Origin: Oceanispirochaeta sp.
Lineage (GTDB): Bacteria > Spirochaetota > Spirochaetia > DSM-2461
DNA: 64,000 bases
Assembly (NCBI GenBank): GCA_963663385.2
Contig: CAXXXD010000004.1
Span: forward strand, 896,001-960,000
Reading direction: 5' to 3'
Positions 27,664 to 39,663 of this stretch are shown in pieces (position 1 is the stretch's first letter; each line of letters begins with the position of its first letter). The notes below the pieces were generated by a model that saw nothing but the letters and a program-made list of their open reading frames with translations, searched no databases and was not told the DNA's origin. Both the position numbers and the translations under genes were made by a program.

Positions 27664-28218
27664 ATGGCGAAAGGGTGGTATGTGCTTCATACTTATTCGG
27701 GGTATGAAAACAAAGTAGAGAAATATATCCGGCTTTATATGGAGGATGGAACTCTTTCCGGTGCTGTTCTGGATGTAAAAGTTCCTGCCGAAGATGTAAT
27801 AGAAGTCAAAAACGGTAAAAAGCGAACTGTTTCCAAGAAATTTTTACCTGGATATGTTTTACTGGAAATGGATCTTCCTGATCGCGGCTGGAAACAGATC
27901 TGTTCTCAAATCAAAAAAATTCAAAGTGTTGTAGGCTTTGTCGGTTATGCTTCCGGAGCGAAGCCGCAGCCGATCAGTCAGGATGAAGCAAAGGCTATTT
28001 TGCAGAAAACCGGTGCTATCAAGGCTGAGAAGCGTTTTCAGTCCAAGCAGGATTTTGCGGTTGGTGAAGAAGTGCGTGTGACTGACGGTCCTTTTGAATC
28101 CTTTTCCGGAAACATCGAAGTGGTGAATCTTGAGAAAGGTAAACTTCGTGTTATGGTTGGAATATTTGGAAGAAGTACCCCTGTTGAGGTTGATTTCTCA
28201 CAGGTGGAGAAAATTTAA
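27664..28218 (+). CDS. nusG: Transcription factor NusG
   Basis: WYVLHTYSGYENKV, FLPGYV, KOW DGPFESF..IFGRSTPVE. Confidence 0.97.
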   Translation: MAKGWYVLHTYSGYENKVEKYIRLYMEDGTLSGAVLDVKVPAEDVIEVKNGKKRTVSKKFLPGYVLLEMDLPDRGWKQICSQIKKIQSVVGFVGYASGAKPQPISQDEAKAILQKTGAIKAEKRFQSKQDFAVGEEVRVTDGPFESFSGNIEVVNLEKGKLRVMVGIFGRSTPVEVDFSQVEKI

Positions 28219-28223
28219 AGATT

Positions 28224-28247
28224 GCCGGAATTGTTCCGGTTTTCTTT
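28224..28247 (+). terminator. Short terminator-like hairpin after nusG
   Basis: GCCGGAA-TTG-TTCCGGT followed by TTTCTTT. Confidence 0.45.
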
Positions 28248-28255
28248 GTTGATAA

Positions 28256-28291
28256 ATGGGAGTCCGTATTTTAAGCGGATGTTAGAACCAT
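28256..28291 (+). promoter_or_regulatory. Putative L1-binding autoregulatory leader of rplK-rplA
   Basis: Stems ATGG/CCAT and TCCG/CGGA flank an asymmetric GAG / TGTTAGAA loop, just before the AAGGAG RBS. Confidence 0.55.
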
Positions 28292-28303
28292 AAGGAGATT
28301 TAA

Positions 28304-28735
28304 ATGGCTAAAAAAAAGGTAACAGCTTTTATTAAGCTGCAAGTACCTGCGGGTAAAGCAACCCCCGCTCCTCCAGTAGGTCCGGCTCTCGGTCCTCACG
28401 GAGTTCCTGCGCCTCAGTTTGTTCAGCAGTTCAACGATAGAACCAAGAACTTTGAGCCGGGACTGACAATTCCCGTTGTTATAACTGTTTATAGCGACAG
28501 AAGTTTTACGTTTGTAACAAAGACTCCTCCTGCGGCTGTTCTTCTCAAGAAAGCCGCCAAGATCGACAGGGGATCTGCAGAGCCTCACAAGGTTAAAGTT
28601 GCAACTGTCACCCGTAAACAGGTACAGGAAATTGCCGAAACGAAGATGCCCGACCTGAATGCTAACGATATTGATGCTGCAATCAATATTATTTCCGGTA
28701 CTGCCCGCAGTATGGGAATAAAGGTAGAGGGTTAA
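28304..28735 (+). CDS. rplK: 50S ribosomal protein L11
   Basis: [27 protein letters not shown]. Confidence 0.98.
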   Translation: MAKKKVTAFIKLQVPAGKATPAPPVGPALGPHGVPAPQFVQQFNDRTKNFEPGLTIPVVITVYSDRSFTFVTKTPPAAVLLKKAAKIDRGSAEPHKVKVATVTRKQVQEIAETKMPDLNANDIDAAINIISGTARSMGIKVEG

Positions 28736-28738
28736 GAG

Positions 28739-29413
28739 ATGAAGAGAAGTAAGAACTATAAAGCAGCTGTTGCGAAGATTGAAGCAGAAAAGCTGTACGA
28801 CAGTGCAGCTGCTATCGGTCTTGTTAAAGATATGGCTTTTGCGAAGTTTGATGAGACTGTCGAAGTTTCTGTTAAACTGAATATCAAAAAGAGTCATTCT
28901 ATCCGTGATACCGTTAGCCTGCCCAATCAGTTTACAGCAGAGAAGAAAATCCTTGTATTTGCCAAGGGCGATAAGGCTAAAGAAGCTCAGGAAGCCGGTG
29001 CGGCATATGTTGGAGATGACGATCTTGTAGCCAAGATTAAAGACGGCTGGCTGGACTTCGATATATGTGTTGCCACTCCCGATATGATGAGGGAGGTAGG
29101 TAAGCTCGGTCCTGTTCTGGGTCGTAGAGGTCTGATGCCCAACCCTAAAACAAGAACTGTAACAATGGATATTAAAGGTGCAATCGCCGAGCTGAAACAG
29201 GGACGCGTTGAATACCGGGCTGATAAAACCGGTGTTGTTCACCTGGCTGTCGGCAAAGTATCCATGGATGTTTCTAGAATCAAAGAAAATTACGATGTTT
29301 TTATTGATGACCTGACCAAAAAGAGACCTAGTGATGTTAAGGGTGATTTTGTAAGATCAGTTGCTCTTTCTTCTACCATGGGACCTGGTGTCAAGGTTAT
29401 GGTGAAGGAGTAA
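28739..29413 (+). CDS. rplA: 50S ribosomal protein L1
   Basis: [26 protein letters not shown]. Confidence 0.98.
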   Translation: MKRSKNYKAAVAKIEAEKLYDSAAAIGLVKDMAFAKFDETVEVSVKLNIKKSHSIRDTVSLPNQFTAEKKILVFAKGDKAKEAQEAGAAYVGDDDLVAKIKDGWLDFDICVATPDMMREVGKLGPVLGRRGLMPNPKTRTVTMDIKGAIAELKQGRVEYRADKTGVVHLAVGKVSMDVSRIKENYDVFIDDLTKKRPSDVKGDFVRSVALSSTMGPGVKVMVKE

Positions 29414-29416
29414 AAG

Positions 29417-29947
29417 ATGGCAGAAAAGAAAGTACAGCAAGTAAAAATTGATGCCGTTGCAGCTCTTCGCGAGCAGTTCGAAGGTGTTGGCAGCTTTATC
29501 TTTACTGATTACAGAGGTTTGACTGTAGAGCAGGTAACAGAGCTTCGTGCAAAACTCCGCGCTCAGAATGCTGAATATCATGTAATTAAGAATAATCTTG
29601 CCAAGATTGCTTTTAAGGATCTTGGAAAAGAAGGTCTTGATGAGTATCTGGTAGGGCCTACTGCCGTGGCTATGGCTCATGATGAAGCCGGTCCAGTTGC
29701 CAAAACTCTGATCGATTTTGCCAAAGATACTTCTGTTGAGTTAAAAGCAGGGTATTTTGATGGTGCCGTATTTGATCAGGCTGGTGTTGTGGCGTTCTCC
29801 AAACTGCCTACAAGAATCGAACTTATCGCAAAACTTATGGGTACGATGAATGCTCCGGTTCAGAATGTTGCTTATGTTCTGAATGGCGTTACAGAAAAAC
29901 TGGTTAGAACCCTGGCTGCTGTAGCAGAAAAAAAGGGTAACGAATAG
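29417..29947 (+). CDS. rplJ: 50S ribosomal protein L10
   Basis: DYRGLTV..LR..KNNL, GPTA. Confidence 0.97.
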   Translation: MAEKKVQQVKIDAVAALREQFEGVGSFIFTDYRGLTVEQVTELRAKLRAQNAEYHVIKNNLAKIAFKDLGKEGLDEYLVGPTAVAMAHDEAGPVAKTLIDFAKDTSVELKAGYFDGAVFDQAGVVAFSKLPTRIELIAKLMGTMNAPVQNVAYVLNGVTEKLVRTLAAVAEKKGNE

Positions 29948-30019
29948 TAAAATTTCGGCGTTAGTCTTCTGATAGTTGTATGCTATCGCCGTGAAAAAAA
30001 ATATTAAGGAGAAGATAAT

Positions 30020-30400
30020 ATGACAACTGAAGAAATGCTTGATGCAATTGCAAACATGACTGTATTGGAAGTTTCCGAGCTGGTAAAAGCTATGGAAGAG
30101 AAATTTGGTGTAACCGCTGCTGCTCCTGTAGCTGTAGCTGCTGCTCCCGTAGCTGGTGGAGATGCTGGCGCTGCTGTTGAAGAACAGTCAGAGTTTGACG
30201 TAGTACTGAAAGGTTTTGCCGATGGCAAGAAAATCGGTGTAATCAAAGAAGTAAGAGGAATTACCGGTCTTGGTCTTAAGGAAGCAAAAGAGATTGTTGA
30301 AGGGACTGACTCTGTGATCAAAGAAGGCGTTTCAAAAGAAGATGCTGACAAGATCAAAGAACAGCTCGAAGCTGTCGGCGCAACTGTTGAGATCAAATAG
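30020..30400 (+). CDS. rplL: 50S ribosomal protein L7/L12
   Basis: [30 protein letters not shown]. Confidence 0.98.
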   Translation: MTTEEMLDAIANMTVLEVSELVKAMEEKFGVTAAAPVAVAAAPVAGGDAGAAVEEQSEFDVVLKGFADGKKIGVIKEVRGITGLGLKEAKEIVEGTDSVIKEGVSKEDADKIKEQLEAVGATVEIK

Positions 30401-30434
30401 TAGTACTTTTTATATCTGAATTGATTTTTCTCAT

Positions 30435-30467
30435 TTTACCACAGGAGCATTGTGCCCCTGTGGTAAA
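30435..30467 (+). promoter_or_regulatory. Stable hairpin in the rplL-rpoB spacer (attenuator or processing site?)
   Basis: TTTACCACAGG...CCTGTGGTAAA inverted repeat with no downstream U-tract. Confidence 0.45.
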
Positions 30468-30487
30468 GTGTTATCAGGGGGTTATGA

Positions 30488-33400
30488 GTGTTTGTTAGGG
30501 ATAAGTTGGATCGCCGGTGTTATATCGGCAAAGAGTATGAAGAAGCTATAGAGTTGCCTGATCTCATCGATATACAGTTGTCTTCCTACGAAAAATTTCT
30601 CCAGACTACGGCTCTTAAAAGGGTAGATGAATTAAATGATCAGGGTCTGGAAGAAGTGTTTCGAGCTACTTTTCCCATAGAGAGTACCAATGGTGAGTTG
30701 GTTCTTGACTATGACTACTATACCCTTGATTACGATGGCGTAAAAATGACAGAGGCCGAATGCAAAAGAAAAGGCCTGTCTTATGCCGTTCCAATTAAAG
30801 CTCGTATTAATCTGATTTTCCAGACTACCGGTGAAATCCGGCAGAAAGAAATCTATATGGGTGACATTCCGCTGATGACAGACCGCGGAACATTTATTAT
30901 AAACGGCGCCGAACGTGTTGTTGTATCGCAGATACACAGATCGCCCGGTGTAATTTTCTCGGAAGAGAAAGGAGTCTATTCTTCAAGGATTATTCCTTAT
31001 AGAGGTTCCTGGCTTGAATTCGAAATTGATCATAAAAAGGAACTGATTTATACAAAAATTGACAGGAAAAAACGCATCCTTGGTTCCCTGTTCCTGAGAG
31101 CATTGGGACTGGACACCCGGGAGAAAATCATAGATGAATTTTATAAAATCAAGACTGTAAAAGTTAATAATAAGAGAGAGGGCAAAGGGTCTCTGGTCGG
31201 GATGGTATTTGCCCGCGCCGTCTATCATGAAGTTGACGGCGTAAGGAAGAAGCTGTACCGCGCCGGGGAGAAAATTCACCCCCATGATACGGATGAGCTG
31301 ATGCACTCCGGAATTGAAACTGTAGAAGTAGTTGATTTCAGTCATCCCGATTCTCTTAATTCAACTCTCATACTGAACTGTTTTGAAAGGGAAGAAGCAA
31401 AGTATAATCAGGATGATCCCGACCAGGACGAACCTACAAAAGAGGATGCCCTGGCTTCAATATATTCTGTTTTGATGCCGGGAGAACCTATTACAGTTGA
31501 AAGCGCGGAGAAGGACCTGATTTCCATGTTCTTTTCCAGCAGACGATACGATCTGGGACGAGTGGGACGTTACAAGCTTAATAAGAAGTTTGACTATGCC
31601 AATCCTGAAGACTCGCATGTTTTAACAAGAGAAGATATCTGCAATACCATGGGATATCTGATCCGTGTTTTTGACGGTGAAGCTTCAATTGATGATATCG
31701 ACCACCTGGGAAACAGGCGTGTAAGGTCTGTTGGGGAGCTCCTCTCCAATGCGCTGAAGACGGCATTCTCAAGAATGGAAAGAATTGCCAAAGAAAGGAT
31801 GTCTCTCAAGGAAGTTGAATCGCTTAAGCCTCAGGATCTTGTATCAATCAAGCCGATTGTTGCAGCCGTAAAGGAGTTCTTTGGTTCTTCACAGCTTTCC
31901 CAGTTTATGGATCAGGTTAATCCCCTTTCCGAGTTGACTCATAAAAGAAGGCTTAATGCATTGGGTCCGGGAGGGCTTTCAAGAGACCGAGCCGGTTTTG
32001 AGGTACGGGATGTACACTACACCCATTACGGAAGAATGTGTCCCATTGAAACACCGGAAGGTCCGAATATCGGTCTTATAGTTTCCCTGGCAAACTTCAC
32101 CCGCGTGAATGATTACGGTTTTCTTGAAACACCTTTCAGAAAGGTTGAGAACGGTAAGGTTTCAAGGGAAGTAGAATATCTGTCTGCCATGGATGAAGAG
32201 AAATATTTTATTGCCCAGGCAAGTGCGTCCATTGATGAGGACTGGAATCTTACGGATGATCTGGTAGCTGTAAGAAAATCAGGGGACTATACTATCAAAA
32301 GTCCCAGCGAAATCAAATATATGGACGTTTCACCACGGCAGATCATATCCACTGCTGCGTCTCTGATTCCTTTTCTGGAGCATGATGATGCCAACCGTGC
32401 CTTGATGGGTTGTAACATGCAGCGTCAGGCCGTTCCGCTGCTCTTTCCTGAAGCGCCGATTGTCGGTACGGGAATGGAAGGCAAGGCAGCCTACGATTCA
32501 GGGGTATGTATCAAAGCAAAGCGGGCCGGTACGGTCGTGCATGTAACTTCAGAAGAGGTTCTGATACAGCCTGCCGGTGAAGAGGCTGATATTCGCGATG
32601 TATATCCCATGATCAAGTACCAGCGTACTAACCAGGATACATGTTTTAATCAGAAGCCTATTGTAAAGGTTGGAGAGGAAGTCCCGGTGGGCGGTGTGTT
32701 GGCCGATGGACCTTCTACCAAAAACGGAGAGCTCTCTCTCGGACGGAACCTTCTTGTCGGGTTTGTGCCCTGGAACGGTTACAACTATGAGGACGCTGTC
32801 CTTATCTCGGAAAAAGTAGTTAAGGATGATTATTACACATCTATTCATATAAAAGAGTTTGTTACAGAGGTGCGGGAAACTAAACTCGGCCCTGAAAAGT
32901 TGACCAGGGATATTCCCAATACTTCGGAAAAAGCACTTGAGCAGCTGGATGAAGAGGGTATCGTTCGTATCGGTGCAAAAGTAAAATCCAGTTATATCCT
33001 TGTTGGTAAAGTGACGCCTAAGTCAGAAACAGAAACAACTCCTGAGTTCAAGCTCCTGAACTCTATATTCGGTGAGAAGGCCAAAGAGGTAAGGGATACT
33101 TCCCTTAAGCTGCCTCATGGTGTGGAAGGAACAGTAATTGATGTTCAGAGACTGAAACGCTCCGAGGGTGATGATCTCAGTCCCGGTGTGGATGAAGTCG
33201 TAAAAGTCCTGATTGCCACAAAGCGTAAACTGAAAGAAGGTGACAAGATGGCTGGTCGTCATGGAAACAAGGGTGTTGTCGCCCGTGTTCTTCCGGAAGA
33301 GGATATGCCGTATATGGAAGACGGAACTCCTCTTGAGGTCTGTCTGAACCCCCTTGGTGTACCGTCCCGTATGAATATCGGTCAGATCATGGAAACCATG

Positions 33401-33985
33401 CTCGGGATGGCCGGAGCACAGCTTGGGAAAATGTATGAGACGCCCGTTTTCAACTCGGCTTCAACCGAGGAAATCTCTGCTGAACTGGAAGCTGCCGGGC
33501 TGAACGGTGCTTCAAAGATCAAACTGTTTGACGGTTATACCGGAGAACCTTTTGAGAACAATGTTTTTGTAGGGTATATGTACTATCTGAAGCTTCATCA
33601 TCTTGTCGATGACAAGATGCACGCCCGTTCAACCGGTCCCTATTCGCTGGTTACACAGCAGCCTCTGGGCGGTAAAGCCCAGTTCGGTGGACAGAGACTG
33701 GGAGAGATGGAAGTCTGGGCTCTCGAGGCCTACGGCGCTGCAAATACACTGCAGGAGTTAATGACTATCAAATCGGATGATATGAATGGTCGGGCCAAGA
33801 TATATGAAAGTATTGTAAAGGGCGATGCCACTACGGCAGCGGGAATCCCGGAGTCCTTTAATGTTCTGGTCCAGGAATTGCGGGGTCTGGCTTTGGATGT
33901 ACGGATCTTTGATACGAAAGGAAAGCAGATTCCTTTCACCGAAAGGGACGAAGAGCTGATCAGCAGACAGGGAAGCCGATTCTAG
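30488..33985 (+). CDS. rpoB: RNA polymerase beta subunit
   Basis: [44 protein letters not shown] start. Confidence 0.99.
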   Translation: MFVRDKLDRRCYIGKEYEEAIELPDLIDIQLSSYEKFLQTTALKRVDELNDQGLEEVFRATFPIESTNGELVLDYDYYTLDYDGVKMTEAECKRKGLSYAVPIKARINLIFQTTGEIRQKEIYMGDIPLMTDRGTFIINGAERVVVSQIHRSPGVIFSEEKGVYSSRIIPYRGSWLEFEIDHKKELIYTKIDRKKRILGSLFLRALGLDTREKIIDEFYKIKTVKVNNKREGKGSLVGMVFARAVYHEVDGVRKKLYRAGEKIHPHDTDELMHSGIETVEVVDFSHPDSLNSTLILNCFEREEAKYNQDDPDQDEPTKEDALASIYSVLMPGEPITVESAEKDLISMFFSSRRYDLGRVGRYKLNKKFDYANPEDSHVLTREDICNTMGYLIRVFDGEASIDDIDHLGNRRVRSVGELLSNALKTAFSRMERIAKERMSLKEVESLKPQDLVSIKPIVAAVKEFFGSSQLSQFMDQVNPLSELTHKRRLNALGPGGLSRDRAGFEVRDVHYTHYGRMCPIETPEGPNIGLIVSLANFTRVNDYGFLETPFRKVENGKVSREVEYLSAMDEEKYFIAQASASIDEDWNLTDDLVAVRKSGDYTIKSPSEIKYMDVSPRQIISTAASLIPFLEHDDANRALMGCNMQRQAVPLLFPEAPIVGTGMEGKAAYDSGVCIKAKRAGTVVHVTSEEVLIQPAGEEADIRDVYPMIKYQRTNQDTCFNQKPIVKVGEEVPVGGVLADGPSTKNGELSLGRNLLVGFVPWNGYNYEDAVLISEKVVKDDYYTSIHIKEFVTEVRETKLGPEKLTRDIPNTSEKALEQLDEEGIVRIGAKVKSSYILVGKVTPKSETETTPEFKLLNSIFGEKAKEVRDTSLKLPHGVEGTVIDVQRLKRSEGDDLSPGVDEVVKVLIATKRKLKEGDKMAGRHGNKGVVARVLPEEDMPYMEDGTPLEVCLNPLGVPSRMNIGQIMETMLGMAGAQLGKMYETPVFNSASTEEISAELEAAGLNGASKIKLFDGYTGEPFENNVFVGYMYYLKLHHLVDDKMHARSTGPYSLVTQQPLGGKAQFGGQRLGEMEVWALEAYGAANTLQELMTIKSDDMNGRAKIYESIVKGDATTAAGIPESFNVLVQELRGLALDVRIFDTKGKQIPFTERDEELISRQGSRF

Positions 33986-33997
33986 CAGGGGGAACGA

Positions 33998-36900
33998 ATG
34001 AAAGATATTCAGGATTTTGACAGTCTAATGATAAAACTGGCTTCGCCGGAACAGATCAGGGCATGGTCTTACGGTGAGGTCAAAAAACCGGAAACGATTA
34101 ATTACAGGACCCTTCGGCCGGAAAAGGACGGATTGTTCTGCGAAAGAATATTCGGAACGACCAAGGAGTGGGAATGCTACTGCGGAAAATTTAAATCCAT
34201 CCGTTACAAGGGTGTAATTTGTGACCGTTGTGGTGTTGAAGTTACTCACTTTAAGGTTCGTCGTGAAAGAATGGGGCATATAGAGCTGGCTTCACCTGTT
34301 TCACACATATGGTATTACCGCTCTGTGCCTTCAAGAATGGGGCTGCTGCTGGATCTGTCCATCGCATCGCTCCGCTCGATTCTCTACTATGAGAAATATA
34401 TTGTAATTGAAGCTGGTGACACGGATCTAAAGAAGATGCAGCTCCTCTCGGAAGAGGAGTTTATGGAAGCTCAGGACCGGTACGGTATGTCTTTCACCGC
34501 CGGGATCGGAGCCGAGGCGGTAAGGAGTCTTCTGGAGAATCTGGATCTGGATGCTCTATCTGCCGATCTGCGAATAAAGATGGTGGAAAAGGGGCCGAAA
34601 GCCGACAAGAGGCTTCTGAAGAGGATCGAGATAGTAGAAAACTTCCGGGATTCCGGTAACCGGGCTGAATGGATGATTCTGGATGTTATTCCGGTGATTC
34701 CTCCCGAATTACGCCCGATGGTGCAGCTGGATGGAGGACGTTTTGCAACTTCTGATCTTAACGATCTCTACAGGCGTGTCATCAATAGAAATAACCGCTT
34801 GAAAAGGCTTATGGCTCTTAATGCGCCTGATATTATCATCCGGAATGAAAAGAGGATGCTTCAGGAGGCTGTTGATGCCCTTTTTGATAATTCAAAAAAG
34901 AAAAAAGTCGTTAAGGGCGCTTCCAATAGACCGCTCAAGTCACTTTCGGATCTTCTGAAGGGAAAACAGGGGCGTTTCAGGCAGAACCTGCTTGGAAAGC
35001 GTGTTGATTATTCCGGGCGTTCCGTAATCGTAGTAGGTCCCAATCTGAAACTTCATCAGTGCGGTCTTCCTGCCAAGATGGCTCTTGAGCTTTACAAGCC
35101 CTTTATTATGAAAAAACTGGTGGACAAGGATATTGTCTACAATATTAAAAAAGCCAAAACCCTGGTTGAGCAGGAAACGCCTGAAGTATGGTCTGTTCTT
35201 GATGAAGTTGTAAAAGAGCACCCTGTTCTTCTGAACCGCGCCCCGACTCTTCACAGGCTTGGTATTCAGGCTTTTGAGCCTGTTCTGGTAGAAGGTAAGG
35301 CTATTCGTCTTCATCCGCTTGTCTGTCATGCTTTTAATGCCGACTTTGACGGTGACCAGATGGCTGTGCATGTGCCTCTGACACATGCGGCGCAGATCGA
35401 GTGCTGGACTCTTATGCTGTCCGATACAAACCTGATGAACCCGGCAAACGGCCAACCTGTCGTATTCCCTTCACAGGATATGGTTCTCGGTCTTTATCAT
35501 CTGACTAAGCATAGACCCGGTGCAAAGGGAGAAGGTCGCTATTTTTCAAGTGTTGACGAAGTAATCCTTGCTCTGGATGCCCGTTCCGTTGCCTATCAGG
35601 CGATGATGAAGGTCCGGATGAACGGAGAATTCCTCGAAACGACACCTGGTCGTGTCATTTTCAATGAGCTCCTGCCGGAAGAAGTGGGATACGTAAATGA
35701 GACTCTCGGAGACAAGCAGATCCGTAATCTGATCACCAGGACTCATGAAATCCATGGTTCCTATACGACTGTCAGGATGCTGGATATCGTAAAGGATACC
35801 GGCTATAAGTATGCTACAAAGTTCGGTGCCTCTATTGGTATGGACGATATCATCGTTCCTGAACAGAAGAAGGATTTGATCGAATCAGCCAATAATGAAG
35901 TCCAGAAGATACAGAATCAGTATCTGGATGGGCATATCACTCAGGAAGAACGTTATAACCGCGTAGTTGAAGTTTGGAGTAAAACCAACGAAGAATTGAC
36001 TAATGTGATGATGGAAAAGCTCCAGAATGACAAGGGCGGTTTCAATAATGTTTATATGATGGCGGACTCCGGGGCCAGAGGTTCCAGAAACCAGATTCGT
36101 CAGCTCGCAGGTATGCGTGGTCTGATGGCGAAACCTTCCGGTGATATTATCGAGCTGCCAATCCGTTCTAACTTTAAAGAAGGCCTGTCGGTAATTGAGT
36201 TTTTTATCTCTACCAACGGTGCCCGTAAAGGTCTGGCGGATACGGCGTTGAAAACAGCGGATGCCGGATATCTGACAAGACGTCTTGTTGATATCGCTCA
36301 GGATGTTGTTGTTAATGAAGATGATTGCGGTACTATTAACGGTATCGAAACATATGCTCTGAAAGACGGAGAGGAAATAGTTGAATCTCTGGCTGACAGG
36401 ATTGCGGGAAGATTTACTCTTGAAAGAGTAAAACATCCTATTACCGGTGAAGTAATCATTGATGTAAATGAAGAGATAACCGATGAGATTGCCCGGGCAA
36501 TCGAAGAAATTGGTGTTGAATCCGTAAAAGTGCGTACTGTGTTAACCTGTGAGGCTAAACATGGTGTTTGTCGTAAGTGCTACGGCAGGGACCTTGCAAC
36601 AAAAAAGACGGTTAATATAGGTGAGGCTGTCGGTATTATTGCCGCTCAGTCTATCGGTCAGCCTGGTACCCAGCTGACTATGAGAACTTTCCATGTTGGT
36701 GGAACTGCCAGTACCGTAGCGGAAGATAACAGGATCTCCTTGCGTTATCCTGTCCTTGTCCGGTCTATGACCGGTACCCGAGTCGATCTGGATGGAGGAT
36801 CTCACCTCTTCACCAGAAAAGGTTCTCTTGTTGTTGCGAAAATTTTCGAATCAATAGAACTTGGTTCAGATGTTGAAGTTCTGGTCGAGGATGGTCAGAA

Positions 36901-38245
36901 GGTTCTTAAGGGTGAACCTATCCTTAAGAAGGGGGGCGAAGAGGTTTGTTCCGATGAGATTGCTGTTGTCAGTCTTATGGAGAGCAAGCTACTTCTGGTG
37001 GCTCAGGATCAGAAGCTGGAAATCAGAAACGGTTCAACCGTGAATGTTAATCCCGGTGATATGGTTGCTGCAGAAGACGCTCTGGCTTATTTTGACCCTT
37101 TCAGCGATCCCATTATTGCTGAGCAGGATGGTAAGGTCCGGTTTGAAGACATTATCATCGGTACTACCCTGAGAGAGGAAGTGAACGAAGATACCGGTAA
37201 TATTGAAAAGAAGATTACTGAGTTCTCTCTGGAATCCCTTCAGCCCCGTATTATTATTGAGGATGCTGACGGTGAGGAGATTGCAAACTACTATCTGCCT
37301 GGAAACTCCTACCTGAATGTGGAAGACGGTACTGTGGTTAAGGCCGGTAGAACCCTTGCCAAGATGCTGAAAGAAAGTGCCAAGACTCAGGATATCACTG
37401 GTGGTCTGCCCAGGGTTGGAGAGCTCTTTGAAGCCAGAAGACCCCGTGAAGGAGCCGTATTGGCCCGTATTGCAGGTACTGTCAGGTTTCAGGGAATCCT
37501 GAAAGGTAAGCGAATTATTGATGTTGTGGATCCCTATGGAGCAGAGTTGAAACACTTTGTTTCGATGGGTAAACACCTTCTGGTTCGGGATGGCGACCTG
37601 GTGGAAGCTGGTGAACCGCTCTGTGACGGTGCTAACGATCCTCACGATATTCTTGATATTTCAGGCGAAAATGCATTACAGCAGTTTCTTGTGGATGAAG
37701 TTCAGGAAGTCTACCGTATGCAGGGTGTAAATATCAACGATAAACATATCGGCGTAATTATCCGTCAGATGATGCGGAAGGTTGAGATTGTTGATGTGGG
37801 AGATACTCACTTCATTTACGGTCAGCAGATTGACAAGTATAATTTCCGTAAAGAGAATGAGAGGGTTATGCGTGAAGGTGGTGAGTCCGCCGTTGCAAGA
37901 CCTCTGCTCCTCGGTATTACAAGGGCTTCTCTGAATATCGACTCGTGGATTTCCGCTGCGTCTTTCCAGGAGACTACAAGGGTTCTGACAAATGCCGCCA
38001 TTGCCGGACAGTCGGATAACCTGAGAGGTCTGAAGGAAAATGTTGTAATCGGTCATATGATTCCTGCCGGTACAGGAATGAGAAAGTACCGTAATATGAA
38101 ACTGTTTAATCAGGAAAGTCAGGACCTGGATGCCCATGTTCAGATGATTCTGGAAAACAGGAAGCGTGAGCAGGAGCTTGCCAGTTTAAATCGGGAACCC
38201 TTTGACGAGAGTTACGATGAGAAGGCTGTCGAACTCCAGGATTGA
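33998..38245 (+). CDS. rpoC: RNA polymerase beta' subunit
   Basis: NADFDGDQM, zinc finger [17 protein letters not shown]. Confidence 0.99.
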   Translation: MKDIQDFDSLMIKLASPEQIRAWSYGEVKKPETINYRTLRPEKDGLFCERIFGTTKEWECYCGKFKSIRYKGVICDRCGVEVTHFKVRRERMGHIELASPVSHIWYYRSVPSRMGLLLDLSIASLRSILYYEKYIVIEAGDTDLKKMQLLSEEEFMEAQDRYGMSFTAGIGAEAVRSLLENLDLDALSADLRIKMVEKGPKADKRLLKRIEIVENFRDSGNRAEWMILDVIPVIPPELRPMVQLDGGRFATSDLNDLYRRVINRNNRLKRLMALNAPDIIIRNEKRMLQEAVDALFDNSKKKKVVKGASNRPLKSLSDLLKGKQGRFRQNLLGKRVDYSGRSVIVVGPNLKLHQCGLPAKMALELYKPFIMKKLVDKDIVYNIKKAKTLVEQETPEVWSVLDEVVKEHPVLLNRAPTLHRLGIQAFEPVLVEGKAIRLHPLVCHAFNADFDGDQMAVHVPLTHAAQIECWTLMLSDTNLMNPANGQPVVFPSQDMVLGLYHLTKHRPGAKGEGRYFSSVDEVILALDARSVAYQAMMKVRMNGEFLETTPGRVIFNELLPEEVGYVNETLGDKQIRNLITRTHEIHGSYTTVRMLDIVKDTGYKYATKFGASIGMDDIIVPEQKKDLIESANNEVQKIQNQYLDGHITQEERYNRVVEVWSKTNEELTNVMMEKLQNDKGGFNNVYMMADSGARGSRNQIRQLAGMRGLMAKPSGDIIELPIRSNFKEGLSVIEFFISTNGARKGLADTALKTADAGYLTRRLVDIAQDVVVNEDDCGTINGIETYALKDGEEIVESLADRIAGRFTLERVKHPITGEVIIDVNEEITDEIARAIEEIGVESVKVRTVLTCEAKHGVCRKCYGRDLATKKTVNIGEAVGIIAAQSIGQPGTQLTMRTFHVGGTASTVAEDNRISLRYPVLVRSMTGTRVDLDGGSHLFTRKGSLVVAKIFESIELGSDVEVLVEDGQKVLKGEPILKKGGEEVCSDEIAVVSLMESKLLLVAQDQKLEIRNGSTVNVNPGDMVAAEDALAYFDPFSDPIIAEQDGKVRFEDIIIGTTLREEVNEDTGNIEKKITEFSLESLQPRIIIEDADGEEIANYYLPGNSYLNVEDGTVVKAGRTLAKMLKESAKTQDITGGLPRVGELFEARRPREGAVLARIAGTVRFQGILKGKRIIDVVDPYGAELKHFVSMGKHLLVRDGDLVEAGEPLCDGANDPHDILDISGENALQQFLVDEVQEVYRMQGVNINDKHIGVIIRQMMRKVEIVDVGDTHFIYGQQIDKYNFRKENERVMREGGESAVARPLLLGITRASLNIDSWISAASFQETTRVLTNAAIAGQSDNLRGLKENVVIGHMIPAGTGMRKYRNMKLFNQESQDLDAHVQMILENRKREQELASLNREPFDESYDEKAVELQD

Positions 38246-38281
38246 GTACAAAACGGGGAATTATGCTGATCCCCGATAATG

Positions 38282-38327
38282 TTTTTCATAATAAACAGGC
38301 TTTTTAAGAGCTTTTTTATATGAAAAA
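38282..38327. terminator. AT-rich hairpin after rpoC, possible terminator
   Basis: TTTTTCATA...TATGAAAAA inverted repeat around an internal T-run. Confidence 0.4.
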
Positions 38328-38349
38328 TAAATATATATAATATGAGTGG

Positions 38350-38378
38350 TTGACTCTATCTTTGTAAATTGATAGAGT
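38350..38378 (+). promoter_or_regulatory. Sigma70-like promoter of rpsL
   Basis: TTGACT-N17-TAGAGT with TGn. Confidence 0.55.
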
Positions 38379-38424
38379 CCTCTTGCTTTTGAGTAAATGA
38401 TTGTAAAGGGAGATGGTATTTAGA

Positions 38425-38799
38425 ATGCCTACAGTAAACCAGTTAATCAGGAACGGACGGAAAGCTTCTGCTAGGAAGACAAATTCTCCGGCCCTTCAGT
38501 CCTGCCCTCAGAAAAGAGGTGTATGTACAAGAGTTATGACCATTACTCCTAAAAAGCCTAATTCCGCGCTTCGTAAAGTAGCGAGGGTTAGATTGACTAA
38601 TGGTATTGAAGTAACTGCATATATTCCCGGAATCGGGCACAATCTTCAGGAGCACAGTGTTGTTGTTCTGAGGGGAGGAAGGGTAAAAGACCTTCCTGGT
38701 GTACGGTACAGAATTATTCGGGGTGCGAAAGATACCCTTGGTGTAGATGGTCGTAAAAAAGCACGTTCCAAATACGGAACTAAGAAGCCAAAGGCGTAA
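38425..38799 (+). CDS. rpsL: 30S ribosomal protein S12
   Basis: [30 protein letters not shown]. Confidence 0.98.
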   Translation: MPTVNQLIRNGRKASARKTNSPALQSCPQKRGVCTRVMTITPKKPNSALRKVARVRLTNGIEVTAYIPGIGHNLQEHSVVVLRGGRVKDLPGVRYRIIRGAKDTLGVDGRKKARSKYGTKKPKA

Positions 38800-38811
38800 G
38801 GTGAGGTAGAG

Positions 38812-39288
38812 ATGGCAAGAAGAAGAGAGGCCCCGGTCAGACCGGTTATGCCCGATTCCAAGTACAACAACACTACCGTTGAAAAATTCATTAAAAGAAT
38901 GATGCTTGATGGTAAAAAATCCACCAGTGCCAGCTGCCTGTATGGCGCAATGGAAGTTGTGAAAAATAAAAAGTCCGGCGATGAAAGTGAGCTTGATATT
39001 TTTCTTAAAGCACTGGAGAATGTTAAGCCTGCGGTCGAGGTTAAATCCCGTAGAGTAGGTGGATCGACCTATCAGGTTCCCGTTGAGATCCGGGATTCCA
39101 GAAGGGAAGCACTGGCAATGCGCTGGATGATTGCAGCTGCAAGAAACCGGAGCGGAAGAAGCATGAGCGAAAAACTCAGTGCGGAAATTCTGGATGCTTT
39201 TAATTCTACAGGTTCTGCTTTCAAAAAGAAAGAAGATACCCATAGAATGGCTGAAGCTAATAAGGCTTTCTCCCACTATAAGTGGTAA
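38812..39288 (+). CDS. rpsG: 30S ribosomal protein S7
   Basis: [25 protein letters not shown]. Confidence 0.98.
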   Translation: MARRREAPVRPVMPDSKYNNTTVEKFIKRMMLDGKKSTSASCLYGAMEVVKNKKSGDESELDIFLKALENVKPAVEVKSRRVGGSTYQVPVEIRDSRREALAMRWMIAAARNRSGRSMSEKLSAEILDAFNSTGSAFKKKEDTHRMAEANKAFSHYKW

Positions 39289-39300
39289 GAGTCTGATTAT

Positions 39301-39419
39301 AGGAGCCGGTTGATTGGAAAATTTTCCGGCTCTCCTCGGCAGAATGCCTCCTATCCGAAAAGTGACGGAGGCCGCTACTGTGACAGAGGTTTTCAAAATA
39401 GCAGCCGGCTTTTTTGCCG
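39301..39419 (+). ncRNA. Candidate structured RNA in the rpsG-tuf spacer
   Basis: A hairpin plus a three-helix junction, found by manual pairing only. Confidence 0.3.
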
Positions 39420-39663
39420 CAGTGTTGTTCATTATGCCAAACCGTTGTTTTTTTTCAATAGGTGGTAGAGTAAGCTGTTATGGAAACATTAAGGTTAAAA
39501 TCTCCTTTATTCTGTTGTTTAGTGTAAATTCTGCCAAAAAAATTCATCTTTGTTGCCTTGGGATGTTGAGCTGTTTTAACGTTTTTTGTTAATATCACGG
39601 CTGATGCCCTAATGTGGCATAACAAAAGAGTGTTGTTTTTTTTAAAATGCCTAGGAGGTAGAA

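Noticed and set aside
39310..39592. Short TTG-start ORFs after rpsG as a fusA remnant or a real gene
   Set aside because: There is no EF-G motif such as AHIDAGKTT and the composition is not protein-like. A leader peptide cannot be fully excluded.
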